DNA of 64,000 bases. Origin: the human T2T-CHM13v2.0 reference genome, Homo sapiens. The notes beneath the pieces were generated by a model. The model was not told the DNA's origin. It saw only the letters and a list, made by a program, of their open reading frames with translations, and ran no database searches. Each line of letters opens with the position of its first letter. Positions within the stretch are counted from its first letter, which is position 1. Positions 1-15,490 of the stretch are shown here, one piece after another. The position numbers were made by a program, and so were the translations under genes. The stretch is from NCBI GenBank assembly GCA_009914755.4, contig CP086569.2, positions 20,896,001 to 20,960,000 of the forward strand. The letters are read 5' to 3'.

Positions 1-2449
<2,449 letters not shown>

Positions 2450-2511
2450 CTGCTGGCTATTTTGCTGATTAGTTGATGCAGATTCTTCCTAGCCTTGATG
2501 GTCTTTACTAT

Positions 2512-3522
2512 TTGGCATGTTTTTGCAGTGGCTGGAACTGGTTGTTCCTTTCCATGTTTATTGCTTCCTTTGGGAGCTCTTTTATGGCAGGCCTGGTGGT
2601 GGCAAAATCTCTCAGCATTTTCTTGTCTGTGAAGTATTTTATTTCTCCTTCACTTAAGTAGCTTAGTTTGGCTGGATATGAAATTCTGGGTTGAAAATTA
2701 TTTTCTTTAAGAATGTTGAATATTGGCCCCCACTCTCTTCTGGCTTATAGAGTTTCTGCAGAGAGATCAGCTGTTAGTCTGATAGGCTTCCCTTTGTGGG
2801 TAACCCGACCTTTCTCTCTGGCTGCCCTTAACAATTTTTCCTTCATTTCAACTTTGGTGAATCTGACAATTATATGTCTTGGAGTTGCTCTTCTCCAGGA
2901 GTACCTTTGTGGCCTTCTCTGTGTTTCCTGAATTTGAATGTTGACCTGCGTTGCTAGATTGGGGAAGTTCTCCTGGATAATATCCTGCAGAGTGTTTTCC
3001 AATTTGGTTCCATTCTCCCCGTCACTTTCAGGTACACCAATCAGACGTAGATTTGGTCTTTTCACATAGTCCCATATTTCTTGGAGGCTTTGTTCATTTC
3101 TTTTTATTCTCTTTTCTCTAAACTTCTCTTCTCACTTCATTTCATTCATTTCGTCTTCCATCACTGATACCCTTTCTTCCAGTTGGTCACATCGGCTACT
3201 GAGGCTTCTGCATTCATCACGTAGTTCTCGTGTCTTGGTTTTCAGCTCCATCAGGTCCTTTAAGGACTTCTCTGCATTGGTTATTCTAGTTATCCATTCG
3301 TCTTATTTTTTTTCAAAGTTTTTAACTTCTTTGCCATTGGTTCTAATCTCCTCCTGTAGCTCGGAGTAGTTTGATCACCTGAAGCCTTCTTCTCTCAACT
3401 CATCAAAGTCATTCTCCATCCAGCTTTGTTCCATTGTTGCGGGGAGCTGCGTTCCTTTGGAGGAGGAGAGGTACTCTGATTTTTAGAGTTTCCAGTTTTT
3501 CTGCTCTGTTTTTTTCCCATCT
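2512..3522 (-). pseudogene. L1 ORF1 remnant (interrupted)
   Basis: A reverse-complement ATG sits at ~3520-3522 in ATGGGAAAAAAACAGAGCAGAAAAACTGG. The coiled-coil and C-terminal parts are recognisable. The ORF track shows only 2745-3065 open. Confidence 0.75.
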
Positions 3523-4545
3523 TTGTGGTTTTATCTACCTTTGGTCTTTGATGATGGTGACGTACAGATGGGTTTTTGGTGTGGATATCCTTCCTGTTTG
3601 TTAGTTCCTTCTAACAGACAGGACCCTCAGCTGCAGGTCTGTTGGAGTTTGCTAGAGGTCCACTGCAGACACTGTTTGCCTGGGTATCAGGATCGGTGGC
3701 TGCAGAAGAGTGGATATTGGTGAACCGCAAATGCTGCTGCCTGATCATTCCTCTGGAAGTTTTGTCTCAGAGGAGTACCCAGCCGTGTGAGGTGTCAGTC
3801 TGCCCCTACTGGGGGGTGCCTCGCAGTTAGGCTGCTTAGGGGTCAGGGGTCAGGGACCCACTTGAGTAGGCAGTCTGCCTGTTCTCAGATCTCCAGCTGC
3901 ATGCTGGGAGAACCACTGCTGTCTTCAAAGCTGTCAGACAGAGACATTTAAGTCTGCAGAGATTACTGCTGTCTTTTTGTTTGTCTGAGCCCTGCCCCCA
4001 GAGGTGGAGCCTACAGAAGCAGGCAGGCCTCCTTGAGCTGTGGTGGGCTCCACCCAGTTCAAGCTTCCCAGCTGCTTTGTTTACCTAAGCAAGCCTAGGC
4101 AATTGAGGGCGCCCTTCCCCCAGCCTCGCTGCCACCTTGCACTTTGATCTCAGACTGCTGTGCTAGCAATGAGCGAGACTCCTTGGGCATAGGACCCTCC
4201 GCGTCAGGTGCAGATTATAGTCTCCTGGTGTGTCACTTTTTAAGCCTGTTGGGAATGAGCAGTATTAGGGTGGGAGTGACCTGATTTTCCATGTGCCGTC
4301 TTCACCCCTTTCTTTGACTGGGAAAGGGAATTCCCTGACCCCTTGTGCTTCGAGGGTGAGGTGATTCCTCGCCCTGCTTTGGCTCACGCACGGTGTGCTG
4401 CACCCACTGTCTGGCACTGGCACACCCCAGAGAGATGAACCCAGTACCTCAGTTGGAAATGCACAAATCACCTATCTTCTGCGTCTCTCACACTGGGAGC
4501 TGTAGACCAGAGCTGTTCCTATTTGGCCATCTTGGCTTCTCCCCC
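3523..4545 (-). promoter_or_regulatory. L1 5'UTR (internal Pol II promoter region). It retains the ~130-bp segment absent from L1PA2/L1HS.
   Basis: L1 5'UTR sequence lies between the ORF1 start and the 5' terminus. The antisense 62-aa ORF at 3642-3830 overlaps the extra segment. Confidence 0.65.
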
Positions 4546-5089
4546 TCAGAACATCTTTATTCTTAAGCTGCTTCTGCCACTACTGCTGCCGCAACACTTC
4601 AGCCACTTGTACTTCTTGCCTGCCTAGCTGAAGAGTTTCTGGGCACACAGCTGTCTATGCCATTGCCTGAGCTTGGCTCTGGGGTCTCCACTTGGATTCT
4701 GCTGGGCTGGTCTTGAGTCTGAGCACAGCAAATAGGTGCATTGAGATGCCTTCAAAACCCATGAGGCAGTGAGTAAAATTCAGGCTTGCCCCATGCAGTC
4801 CTTCTAAATGGGGACCTCCATGAGTTTTATACTGTGAAGCCTCAGTCAGTCACCTTTTTTACTGTGGCAGGTGACATAGTTGAGGCAGGTTTTCTTTCGG
4901 AGGCAAGTACTTAATCCATTTTAAATTGTTGATAGCTGAATATCATTCTATTATACAGATAAAAAAATTTAAATTTTTGCTTGTTGATGAGTATTTGAGT
5001 TGTGTACAATTTGAGTTGGTACAAATAAGTGCTGGTATGAGCTTTTACCTGAGTCTTTATATTTTCACACATTTTAATTTTTTCTGAGT

Positions 5090-5500
5090 AAATGGGAGTG
5101 GAATTGCTGTGTCATATGATAATTCTACATATGACACTGAAAAACTGCAAAATTGTTCTTCAAAGTGGCTATATTAGTTTACATTTCTATAGACAATGTG
5201 TGAGGTTTATATTCTCTCCCTTCTTACCATCATTTCTTATTGTCTGTTGTTGGATTACAGCCATTCTAGTGAGTGTGAAGATATACCATATTGTGATGTT
5301 GGTATGAATGTGAATGACTAACAATAATATCCATATTTGAATAGTATGTTTTTCTTGGAGACATGTCATTGAAATTTATTTTGTATTTTAAACAGTTTGC
5401 TTTTTATTAATTATGACTAAGAAATATTTTTGGTTGAGTAGATCTCCATGATCACATATATAATTTGCAAATGTTTTGCCCCTTTCGGTAATTTTTCTTT
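5090..5500 (-). mobile_element. Ancient L1 (L1M/L1PB-like) 3'-terminal fragment
   Basis: The plus-strand sequence resembles the antisense of the L1 ORF2 C-terminal and 3' region (...gggagtggaattgctgtgtcatatgataattctacat..., ...tttgcaaatgttttgcccc...). It is highly diverged. Confidence 0.4.
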
Positions 5501-6097
5501 TTATTTTAAACAAAAAGATGCAATGGGATAACAGTCAGCATGTATATAAAAACAGAACTCTTAAGACAACCTGCAGCCATAAGTCTCAGACAATCAAGTG
5601 TTGATTGTTAACTGACAGTGTGCCAATTTTTGCATCTGTCTTTAACATATAACCAAACTGAGAAAACCAAACCTGCACACTTAGCAAGAAAGTTGGCAAT
5701 TTGACCTCTAATTAGCTCTCCTGCAACTTCTGTATGTAAACAGTCTTCAGTCAGGGCAAATCTGAAATCTTGCCTCTTTTTCTAGTAAAAAAACTTTCTC
5801 AACCCACTGTCTGCCTTTAAGTTTATACCAAACACAAGTGATGGTGGCTAATTCTTTTACTTGGGCAACTTTGGAATACGTATTTTCTTATTTTTATTTA
5901 GGTGGTGTCAATTTATTTTCAATGTTATGATTAAGGTCCTGCTAATGTATCTGCTGCACTGCCTTTCACTTTAGCCCCAACTCCACCCCCACCAAGGCAT
6001 CTTGTGTCTTCTGCTCATGGTTGAAAAATCAGCACTGAGGTGATAAATGAGCACTGGATCTGAAGTCAGCTTTGTTTTCACTGAATTTCTAAGTGCC

Positions 6098-6345
6098 TCA
6101 CTCCCTTGCCCTGGCTGGAGTACAATGGCATGATCTTAGCTCACTGTAACCTTCACCCCCTGGTTCAAGTGACCTTCTTGCCTCAGCCCCCTGAGTAGCT
6201 GGGACTACAGGTGCAGGCAAACATACCCAGCTAATTTTTGTATTTTTTGTGGAAATGGGGTTTCATCATGTTGACCAGGTTAGTCCTGAACTCCTGGCCT
6301 CCAGCAGTCCACCCACTTTGGACTCCCAAAGTGTTAGGAACCCTG
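6098..6345 (-). mobile_element. Alu SINE, truncated (lacks the Alu 5'-terminal ~25 bp)
   Basis: Reverse-complement Alu body: ...gcctcagccccctgagtagctgggactacaggtgcag...ggtttcatcatgttgaccaggttagtc...gactcccaaagtgttagg. Confidence 0.85.
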
Positions 6346-9300
6346 CACCCAGTAGGATAGCTGGCTGTTATTGATTCCTAATTTTTTTTGACATTCCTGA
6401 TGAAATCAAGTTATCCTAGATAACTATTATGCTACTTTTATGTAACTACTTTATTTTGTGTCATAAAAAATATTGTTATAAGAAGGAGAATAAGAGGACA
6501 GAACATACTCATATTCATTATAAGACTGTTGTTCTGGGTAGCCTCACACAGGAGTTTGTAATTTCATTGTTCTCATACGATTTGGACATATTTTTCTATG
6601 GGTCACCAATAAAATTGTATTAGGTTTGCAATTCTCCTTCTTTCTTAATTGTAGGCATTCCTTTACATGATGACTGAGTGTACTGGACACACTTTTACCT
6701 TAACTCAAAAAATGTTTAAGTGGCAACATTAAAATTTGTACTGCTTTATAAGTAAAACTCCAGGAATATCATGTTTAAAAATTGACTTCTTTAGAGCATG
6801 TGTTAGCAAATTTTCTATAACAAGAGAAGTTGGAATTCTTCCTCAGTTCTTGGACACAAAAGCTTATATGTATTACGTATAAATAAGTACTTAAACTACA
6901 TGTAATATTTTAGTTAGATTATATTTGTATCTGTAAGAGTGTTAGTTTAAAACGTAACTGTTTTTGAAGTATCTGGGGATGTGTGATGATAATTCTTCCT
7001 GTTGTTGTGAAAGACCCATGGAAGGGATGAGGGGAATAATCCAACATAATTTTAAGATGTAGGATATTTTTGTGAATAAAGATGATGGTTGCTGAACATT
7101 GTGATTGTGCTTTATGCCACTGAACTGCACAGTTAAGACTTGTTAAAATAGTAACATATAGTTAAATAAATAAATATAGATAGATATAGATATTTGGGCA
7201 ACCATTATCTTCATTCATACAGATTATATACTTTAAAATTATAAAATTATATATCTCAATTGTGTCTAAATATATATTAGACACTTAAAAATTAAGAACA
7301 AAAACCAAAAGTTTTGAGCATGTAAAGAAATGGAAAACCTTGTGCACTGTGGACAAACCTGTAAAATGGTACAGGTTTTGGAAAACAGTACAGTACTTTG
7401 TTAAAAATAAACTAAAAGGTAAAATTTTCTTATTCTTTAGCAATGCCACATATAAAGGCAAACTCTCAATATTTCAAAGTATTGTGTGAAAGTTATTAAT
7501 TTATTCATGTTGATAACAGCATTATTTATATTACCTAAAGACAGAAGTAACTCAAATATCCATTGATACATAAATGGATTTAAAATGTTAACAATAAAAA
7601 TAATGGACTATAATTTATCCTTAAAAAGAAAGAAAATTCTGGCAATGCTTCAGCATAGATGAACCTTAAGGACATTATGTCAAGTAAAAAAAAAACAGTC
7701 ACAAACAGTAAAATATTCTCTGATTCAACTTATATTCAAATGCATGGAGACAGAAAGCAGATGGTGGTTACAAAGAGCTGGGGTAAAAAGAAATGAGAAA
7801 TTCCTAATTAATTGGTACAGGGTTTCACTTTTGCATGATGAAAAAATTCCTGTAAATAGATGATGCTGAGAGTTTTACAATTTAAATATACTAAAGCCAG
7901 TGAAAGACACACTTAGAAATGAAAAAATGATAAGTTTGACACTATTTGCATTGTACCACAATTTAAAAAAGTAAAGTTACTCATAGGTACAATAATAAAA
8001 TAGACCAATAATAAAGGCCTAAAAATATATGAGAAAATTTATTATGTTGAAAGTATCAGTTCAGTTAATAAATTATGCTTTAAATCATATATAACTGATG
8101 AACTAGTCACTTATACTAACAAAAATGACCATTTAAAAACACCACATTAAAGCACAAGATTTCATGTGAATAATTGGAAAGACCTCTAAAATATAAAATA
8201 AAACCTTTGAAAAATAATGTATAAGAATATTTTATTTTAATGTGTTAATTTTTTAGAAATATAAACAAAGTAAAAATCAAAGACTAGATAAGAATTATAA
8301 TTAGTTGTGTAAGAGTAATCATTTTAAGGGAAACTCTAGTATGTTAACAAAAATGTCAACTTATTTAAAATGTGTAAATACTGATAATCTGATAAATATG
8401 ATTAGATATGTAATTAGAAGTTATTTAGATAAACTTATGTAATGAATAGGCAGTGTAAATTTTATATTTTTTGAAGGTGTTAAACAGAATTTCATAACTC
8501 ATAAAAAAAAGGAGAATCAAGTTCCCAAAGATATCTGAAGCCCACATCATTAATCACATCTTTCTCAAAAATTGCCAAAACCCCAGTCCCCTAGTTGAAA
8601 TTGTAATATTTTACAGGGAGAGTATCCTAAGAAAGCTCATTTATGAGTAAAGGCCTGAGTCCAGAAAAATGAGGCTTGTCTTACAGGTCCAGATCTAACT
8701 CTATGCCCCTAAATGTTCAATGTCACTACCACAAATTTACACTCATATCTCCCATGTAACTTCCACAGTTACACATGGAATTATTGTCAAACATCCCCAA
8801 AAGCACCAATACATTATCTTAATAGTTTGTTTAAATATATTGGCATGAACCTGGTCATGAATGTCTCAGATTTTAGATTCCAGCTGGGGACAAAAATGTA
8901 CACCCAGAGTGAGAAACCGATGACTGTGAACCAAGTACAGTACTCAAAATCCAAGACAGACAAATAAAAATAAAACAGCTTTTATATATTTATTGGTACT
9001 TTCACATCTGTGTGACCTAGACAAGAATCCACTTAAAACAATGCATTGCCACCTGTGTATTTTTCTACATGTCCCTATAGGCCAACCATAAATGTGTAAA
9101 ATAAATATCCATTCAGTCATTGTTCTGCAAGTAGTTTGCCTGGACAAAAGACATTAGAAATAACTGAGAACTTGTAAGGAAGGAACATTCTTTGACCACA
9201 GGCCAGACCAACGAATTAGTAGCATGCAGCCCAGAAATCTGTGAGGTTACAAGGCCTCTAGATGGTTCAGATGCATGCTGTGTTAATCAGCCTCTGTATA

Positions 9301-11689
9301 ACCTAAGTAACAGCATACCCCTGAGTTAGCAGATAGATATAGCATACCTGAAATACACCATAAGATTATAATAATGTTAGAATTGTGACTCAAAACTCAA
9401 TAAATGTATTTATAAATAAAATAAATATGACTGAAAATATAGCCTTATTCTTTTTAATCTTTCCAATTTCATTTTTCTCCCATTCTTCCAGGGATCACCT
9501 ACTCAATAAATCACTTACACTCATATCAGGTCTCATGATAATCCAATTTAAAAGAATTTTTAATTTATTTGACATTTTATTAAGTTCTATATAAAACAGG
9601 TGGCAAAAATAATAGATATTATATTTGATAATTGAACTAATATTCTCATTATTATACTATTTTAAGAATTTATACTATGAAAGCATAAATAATAATCTAA
9701 TACTTAACTCTTCAAGTGCACCTCAGAAGTTTAAGTACTCCATTTACACACAATTACATTGTGCATCTTGGAAGAGTATATTCTTAATTTGAGATTTTTT
9801 ATCCTAACACACTGAGTACATGAGGTTGTAAGATTTTTGTCACCCTTGTGAAACAGCACAGGTAACAGCTCTTCTCAATCGTGTTCTCACGCCTTCCTGT
9901 GCTGCAGAAAGTTGCTGCTGCATGGGGTAAGCCTAAAAAAGAGTCTGTTCAATGAAACTTAGAAGTACCTAGGAATGATGGCCTTCTCTGAATTAAGAAA
10001 CAATGGCTTCCAATCTAATTTTCTGTGATCTATCAGCTGCATATTTTCTCCCTTTTGCTGTCTGAAATGTGGTTTGAGAAAATGGAAACAAACTGGTATT
10101 CTATAAGGTCACTGTGCAATCTTATTAGTAATGGGCTGCTCCCTATTGACCATGTCCATAAGACAAAATATACATATTATTTGCTGATGTTATATAACAA
10201 GTCTTTTTTTGTATGAGATGAACACAAACTATTAGTTACAAAATTCAATCCCTTATTATATTTTAATCTTTATTATAATCATTATAATATCCCAGTAGTT
10301 ACAAAAAGGATAAATGAATAAACATATGAAATAAACACTTCATAAAATATAAAAAAACCATAAAATCAATACTCTCCAAATTATTTGGGGTTCAATACTA
10401 CTATAAATACGGAATGCTAAAAATAGCATTAGAGACTGTATTACCCAACAGTACATTATTATCATTTGCTACCTAGAAACTTGAGCAAGGTGAAACACAT
10501 TAATATTTTTGGCGTGGTAAAAAACACAACAAAAAAAAGTATTTATTAAAATAAATTGAATTTAAACATAGACTAAATAAAGCATTTAAAAATACACTGT
10601 ATTCTGAATTTGAGATGTATTCTCAATAGACAAAATACAGACTGCAAGCACTCACAAAACATTCTTGTTATTCTGATACAATGATGTATGTGAAAAATGA
10701 GCTTTCTTCTTTTTTAAACTAAGTATTTGTATAATTGAATTATGATAATCTATAATGTGTCCTATTAGAGAGCAGTTATTTGCACTTTTCTCTGATTGTG
10801 AAAATTTCTTCCTTGCCACCACAATTCATACACAGGACTTTTTACTGTTTCTAGTGTGAAGATACATCATAGTATTAATGGACTGATTATGCTTTTCTCC
10901 TTAATGGGCAGTTGATAAAATTATTTCTAAAACTCAGATTTTTCCACCTCTTAATTTAAGATAACTTATGCATGCCTTACAACACTATTGTAAGTCAAAC
11001 AAAAAAAACACCTTGATTTAAATTATTTTATCTTACATGTAAGTGCCTTGAATCTTTTCTGGGAGAGCTGATGTGAATAATGTATACCTAACATAGAGTG
11101 GCCTCACATAGGTTAGAGGTGGCAATGATCAACCACATGCTTTTACATAAAGAGCAGTAATTTTAAAATAGCATCAAGTAATTTTAAATTAATTATATTA
11201 GTACTATTTTCTCAACTGATCTCAAATGATTTTGTTATAAAAATATGTTGAATATAATTATACTCAATGATTTATTAATGTCTTCACTTTTCTGAAACAC
11301 ATTATGTAATTGTTTTGAGTTTAGATTATCCTCTATAATAAACACAATTTAGAGTAATGTCTAACTGAAAATATTAGTACTTTAGTTCATTCTAGGATGA
11401 TTCCTGTGATTTTTACTTTTATCTTATTTTTCATTAAATACTTCCTCACATTTATTTTAGCTACAAAGCTTTTTCTAAGCATAAACTCTTTAGTGCTTCT
11501 AATTTATATATTTTGGACAAAGCTTATTTCATATTTGTTATATTTTTAGGCATTCTTTGTTATGAAAATTCTCTGTAAAGTTGGATTAACATAACAGCTA
11601 AAGACTTTGCTAACTGCTTTACGTTTGTAAAAATAATATCCAGTATAAGGAATGTGGTGTTTTCTAAGGTAAATATTTTAAACAAAGAT

Positions 11690-12240
11690 TCCCCCCACAC
11701 ACTCATATATATTATGAATATATGGGATTTCTATCCAGTATTGATTCTCTAATGCTGAGAAAGGTGTAAGCACCAGTTGAGAGTGTTGTTAAATTCTTTA
11801 CACTTGCTGTGTTCTATTTGATATGTATTCTTTGATATTGGATAAGGGTTGAGCATTTTTTGAAAACTTCTCACATTCTTTACATTTGAAATATTTCTCA
11901 CCGGTATGAATTATCTCATGTAAAGTGTGCATACCTTTTAAAGGTTTTGTCACATTCTTTAAAGATTCTTCTCCAGCATGTATTCTCTGATGCTGAGTAA
12001 ATTTTAATTCTCAGTTAAAAGCTTTCCCACATTATTTACATTGGAAAAGTTTCTCTGCAAAATAGGCACTCTAATGTTGAGAAAGTTGTAAGCCTCAGTT
12101 AAATATTTGCCAAATTTTTCACATTTGAAAGTTTTTTTTTTCCAGGAGAGAGTATTTGATGTTGAGTAATATATAAGCCCCTGTTGGAGACTTTGCCACA
12201 CTTATTACATTTGAAAGGTTTCTCTCCAGCATGGATATAT
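11690..12240 (-). pseudogene. Decayed C2H2 (KRAB-ZNF-type) zinc-finger array remnant, about 5-6 degenerate fingers
   Basis: Minus-strand translation gives IHAGEKPFKCNKCGKVSNRGLYITQHQ..., KTFKCEKFGKYLTEAYNFLNIRV..., IIHTGEKYFKCKECEKFSKNAQPLSNIKEY. These are H/C-link TGEKP-type linkers with C-x2-C...H-x3-H spacing, but with stops and frameshifts. ORFs 12004-12201 and 12099-12284 fall here. Confidence 0.5.
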
Positions 12241-12350
12241 GCATGTGTGTGTGTGTGTATATGTGTGTATATGTATATATGCATATGTGTATATATATGT
12301 GTGTGTGTGTATATATATATATGTATATATACATAAAACTTTAGATTACA
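12236..12350. repeat. Compound (GT)n/(AT)n microsatellite
   Basis: gcatgtgtgtgtgtgtgtatatgtgtgtatatgtatatatgcatatgtgtatatatatgtgtgtgtgtgtatatatatatatgtatatatac. Confidence 0.9.
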
Positions 12351-12410
12351 ACAAAAAATGTTGGAACTAATAAATTCAGTAAACTATCAAGATACAAAAT
12401 TAACATACAA

Positions 12411-12722
12411 TTGTTTGTTTTTGAGACATGGTCACACTCTGTTGCCCAGGATGGAGTACAGTGATAAAATCCACACGCATTGCAGTCTTAACCTTCCAGG
12501 CTCAAGTGGTCCTTTAACCTCAGCCTACCAAGTAGCTAGGACTACAGGTTTGTTCCACGAAGCTCAGCTAACTGTTGTTGTTTTATAGAGATAGTGTCTT
12601 GCTATTTTTGAATTCTTGGGACTTCAAGCAATCTGCTTTTGAACTCTTAGGACTTCAAGCAATCCACCTTCCTCAGCTCCCAAAGTGCAGGGACTGCAGG
12701 GGCAAACCAGTATGCCCAGCCT
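12411..12722 (-). mobile_element. Alu SINE (older, AluJ/S-like) with an internal ~26-bp tandem duplication
   Basis: Reverse-complement Alu: ttgagacatggtcacactctgttgcccaggatggagtacagtg...cccaaagtgcagggactgcagg. The unit gggacttcaagcaatc is duplicated at ~12610-12665. Confidence 0.85.
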
Positions 12723-12901
12723 GACATACAAATATTAGTTACATTTTCATACATTAACAACAGACTTTCCAAAAATACATATTTCTATTTAAAATACTAC
12801 AGAAATAAGAAATTTCTTCTGAATAGATTTAACCAAGGAAATGACAAATTTATACATTTAATGCAGTAATATATTGATGACAGAAATTAAAGTAGACAAA
12901 A

Positions 12902-13217
12902 GGCTGGGTGTGATGGCTCCTGCCTGTAATCCCAGCACTTTGGGAGGCCAAGGCGGGCAGATCACGAGGTCAGGAGATCAAGACCATCCTGGCTAACACG
13001 GTGAAACCCCGTATCTACTAAAAATACAAAAAAAAAAAAAAAAAAAAATTAGCCAGGCGTGGTGGTGGGCACCTGTAGTCCCAGTTACTCGGGAGGCTGA
13101 GGCAGGAGAATGTAGTCAACCCAGAAGACATAGCTTGCAGCAAGCCAAGATCGCGCCACCACACTCCAGCCTGGGCAACAGAGTGAGACTCTGTCTCAAA
13201 AAAAAAAAAAAAAAAAG
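12902..13217 (+). mobile_element. Alu SINE (AluS/Y-like) with a long poly-A tail
   Basis: ggctgggtgtgatggctcctgcctgtaatcccagcactttgggaggccaaggcgggcagatcacgaggtcaggagatcaagaccatcctggctaacacggtgaaaccccgt... followed by A(17). Confidence 0.9.
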
Positions 13218-13575
13218 ACAAAAATCAATGAAAAAATATTGCATATTTACAGATTAGAAAGATTAATATTCTCAAAGTAACATTTTATCACAGTGATCCA
13301 TAGACTCAGTGTGATTCCTATCAATTTCAGTCCATTTTTTACAGTAACAAAAAAATTAACATTTTAGTGTAAACTTAACTCCAAATAACCTAAGTAATCT
13401 TGAGAAAAAACAAAGCCAGGGCATAATACTGCCTGATTTTTTAATCTATTTAATGTTTATGGTAATGAAAATGGTATGAAATAAGCATAAAATGGGAAAA
13501 AATAATGGAACAGAATAGGGAGCCAATACATAAATTCATGGTACAAGTTCAACTATTCTAGAAAAAGGGAACCAA

Positions 13576-13852
13576 GGCCTGGCCCGGTGGCTCAAGTTTG
13601 TAATCCCAGGACTTTGGGAGGCTGAGGCGGGTGAATCACAGGGTCAGGAGTTGGAGACCAGCCTGGCCAAGATCCTGAAACCCCCTCTCTGCTAAAAATA
13701 CAAAAAGTTAGCCAGGCGCAGTGGCGGGCGCCTGTAATCCCAGCTACTCGGGAGGCGGAGGCAGGAGAATCACTTGAGCCCAGCAGGCTGAGGCTGCAGT
13801 AAGCCGAGATCCACTGCACTCTAGCCTGGGCGACAGAGCAAGACTCCATCTC

Positions 13853-13881
<29 letters not shown>
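13576..13881 (+). mobile_element. Alu SINE inserted into the ancient L1
   Basis: ggcctggcccggtggctcaagtttgtaatcccaggactttgggaggctgaggcgggtgaatcacagg... followed by A(~30). The flanks have an imperfect target-site duplication around GGAAC(C)AAG. Confidence 0.9.
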
Positions 13882-13883
<2 letters not shown>

Positions 13884-14656
13884 TGGAACAAAGATTATAC
13901 AATGCAGAAAGTGTTGTGCCAGGGAAACTGGACATTCATGAGTAAAATAATAAAACTGACCATTTTTTTATATTGTACCTCAAAATTAACATGAAAGTGT
14001 TAAATGTAAACTATAAAACCTTAAAGCTCCTGGAAGGTAACATAAAAAAAGACTTTCTTAATATTGGCAATAATTTTGATGTTACACCAAATGCACATTA
14101 AAAATAGAAAATATAAACATGTTGGACTGCATCAAATAAAAGTTTCTGCCATTATAAAGCTCCGCAAAATTTTAAAAACTCTAGAAGATGAGAAAATACT
14201 TGCAAATTATGTACCTAAAAGGTTAATATTCAAATGTATGAGCTTATTCAGTTTGAAACAAATAACGATAATAACAGCCTACTTAAAAAAATAAGCAAAA
14301 AGTTAAATGCATGTTTATCCAAAGAAGTCATGTGTACAAGGGAAATGCTGTCTGCTCTTGGTGAGTTGTAAATTGCTAAAGTCATCATAAAAACCAGTAA
14401 GCAGGTTGTCTTAAAAATATAACCAAAAGTACCATATAATTCAGCAATTCCGCTTCTGGCCCTACTACCAAATAAATGAGTGCTTGAAGAAATATCTTTA
14501 GCTCCATGTTCATTATGGCATTATTTACAATAACCCAAATATGGTATATATTCACAGTGCAATACTATTCAGCCATAAAGGAAAAGTAAATCTAGCTATT
14601 TACAACAACATGGATGAGTCTGGAGAAGGTTTTGCTTAGTAAAAACAATTAAAGGA

Positions 14657-14712
14657 TATATATGTATACACATACATACACATATATATATACACACACA
14701 CAAACACACAGT
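14657..14712. repeat. (TA)n/(CA)n-rich simple repeat
   Basis: tatatatgtatacacatacatacacatatatatatacacacacacaaacacaca. Confidence 0.7.
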
Positions 14713-15184
14713 AAACATGTACATATATCACAGTATAAGTATATTCATACTTAAGAAATGATATTGTAAGTCCTATATATGTTCTAATGGGACTACGTTC
14801 CTAGTAAACTTTCTATTATTACAAAAAAAATTACAAAATCATTATTAAGAAATGAGATAATTAATATTTAGTATCTTCTCAGCAATGTTGTAAGCTTTGC
14901 AATTATTAGCCCATTTAAGAAATCTAGAAGTTGAGTGATCCATTAAATTACATTATAATTGGAAAATTTACACATAGAGAGTTTAAGTTACAAACCTAAT
15001 AAAAGACAATAACATTTTGAAGTTAAATAACATTCAATTTATTTATACCTAGGAAGATGCTATTCTAATAAAATTACTGAGTATTAATTTTATAGAAGCA
15101 CATCTGCAACCTCTGTTCAAGTAAAAATCATAAAGCAAATAACATAGAGCATCTCTTCCTGGTGTTTCTAAAATTTCTTCTTCT

Positions 15185-15185
<1 letters not shown>

Positions 15186-15218
<33 letters not shown>

Positions 15219-15490
15219 AGAGGGAGTTTTGCTCTTGTTGCCCAGGCTGGAGTGCAGTGGCACAGTCTTGCCTCAATGCAGCCTCCGCCTCCTGGGTTCA
15301 AGCGATTTTGCTACATCAGGTAGCTGGGATTATAGGTGCCAGCCACCACACCTGGCTAACTTTTTGCAGTTTTGGCAGAGATGAGGTTTCATCATGTTGG
15401 TCAGGCTGGTCTCCAACCCCTGACCTCAGGTGATCCACCCACGTTGGCTTCCCAAAGTGCTGAGATTACTGGCATAAGCCACTGCACCCA
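15186..15490 (-). mobile_element. Alu SINE with a T(31) leader, which is its poly-A tail on the minus strand
   Basis: T(31)gagagggagttttgctcttgttgcccaggctggagtgcagtggc...cccaaagtgctgagattactggcataagccactgcaccca. The flanks have an approximately 15-bp target-site duplication, gtttctRaaatttct. Confidence 0.9.

Larger units (their letters stand above)
13230..14840 (+). mobile_element. Ancient L1 (L1M-like) ORF2 C-terminal and 3' region, split by the Alu at 13576-13881
   Basis: The conceptual translation has diverged L1 ORF2 C-terminal motifs (...AIPLLA/GIYP..., ...SAIKKxEI... equivalents, and NREPR.K before the Alu). It is A-rich and stop-riddled, and ends near a CA/TA-rich tail. Confidence 0.55.

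Noticed and set aside
3642-3830. 62-aa antisense L1 ORF as the known L1 ORF0
   Set aside because: ORF0 is described closer to the antisense promoter in the proximal 5'UTR. This ORF sits about 660-915 nt from the 5' end, over the L1PA3+ specific segment. I cannot equate them without an alignment.
12099-12334. ORFs encoding YIYIYTHTH... repeats
   Set aside because: They are translations of the compound GT/AT microsatellite and have no coding meaning.
13018-13935. ORFs with poly-Phe runs (for example 13018-13221, 13592-13891, 13744-13935)
   Set aside because: They are translations of Alu poly-A/T tails and Alu bodies, the standard six-frame artefacts.
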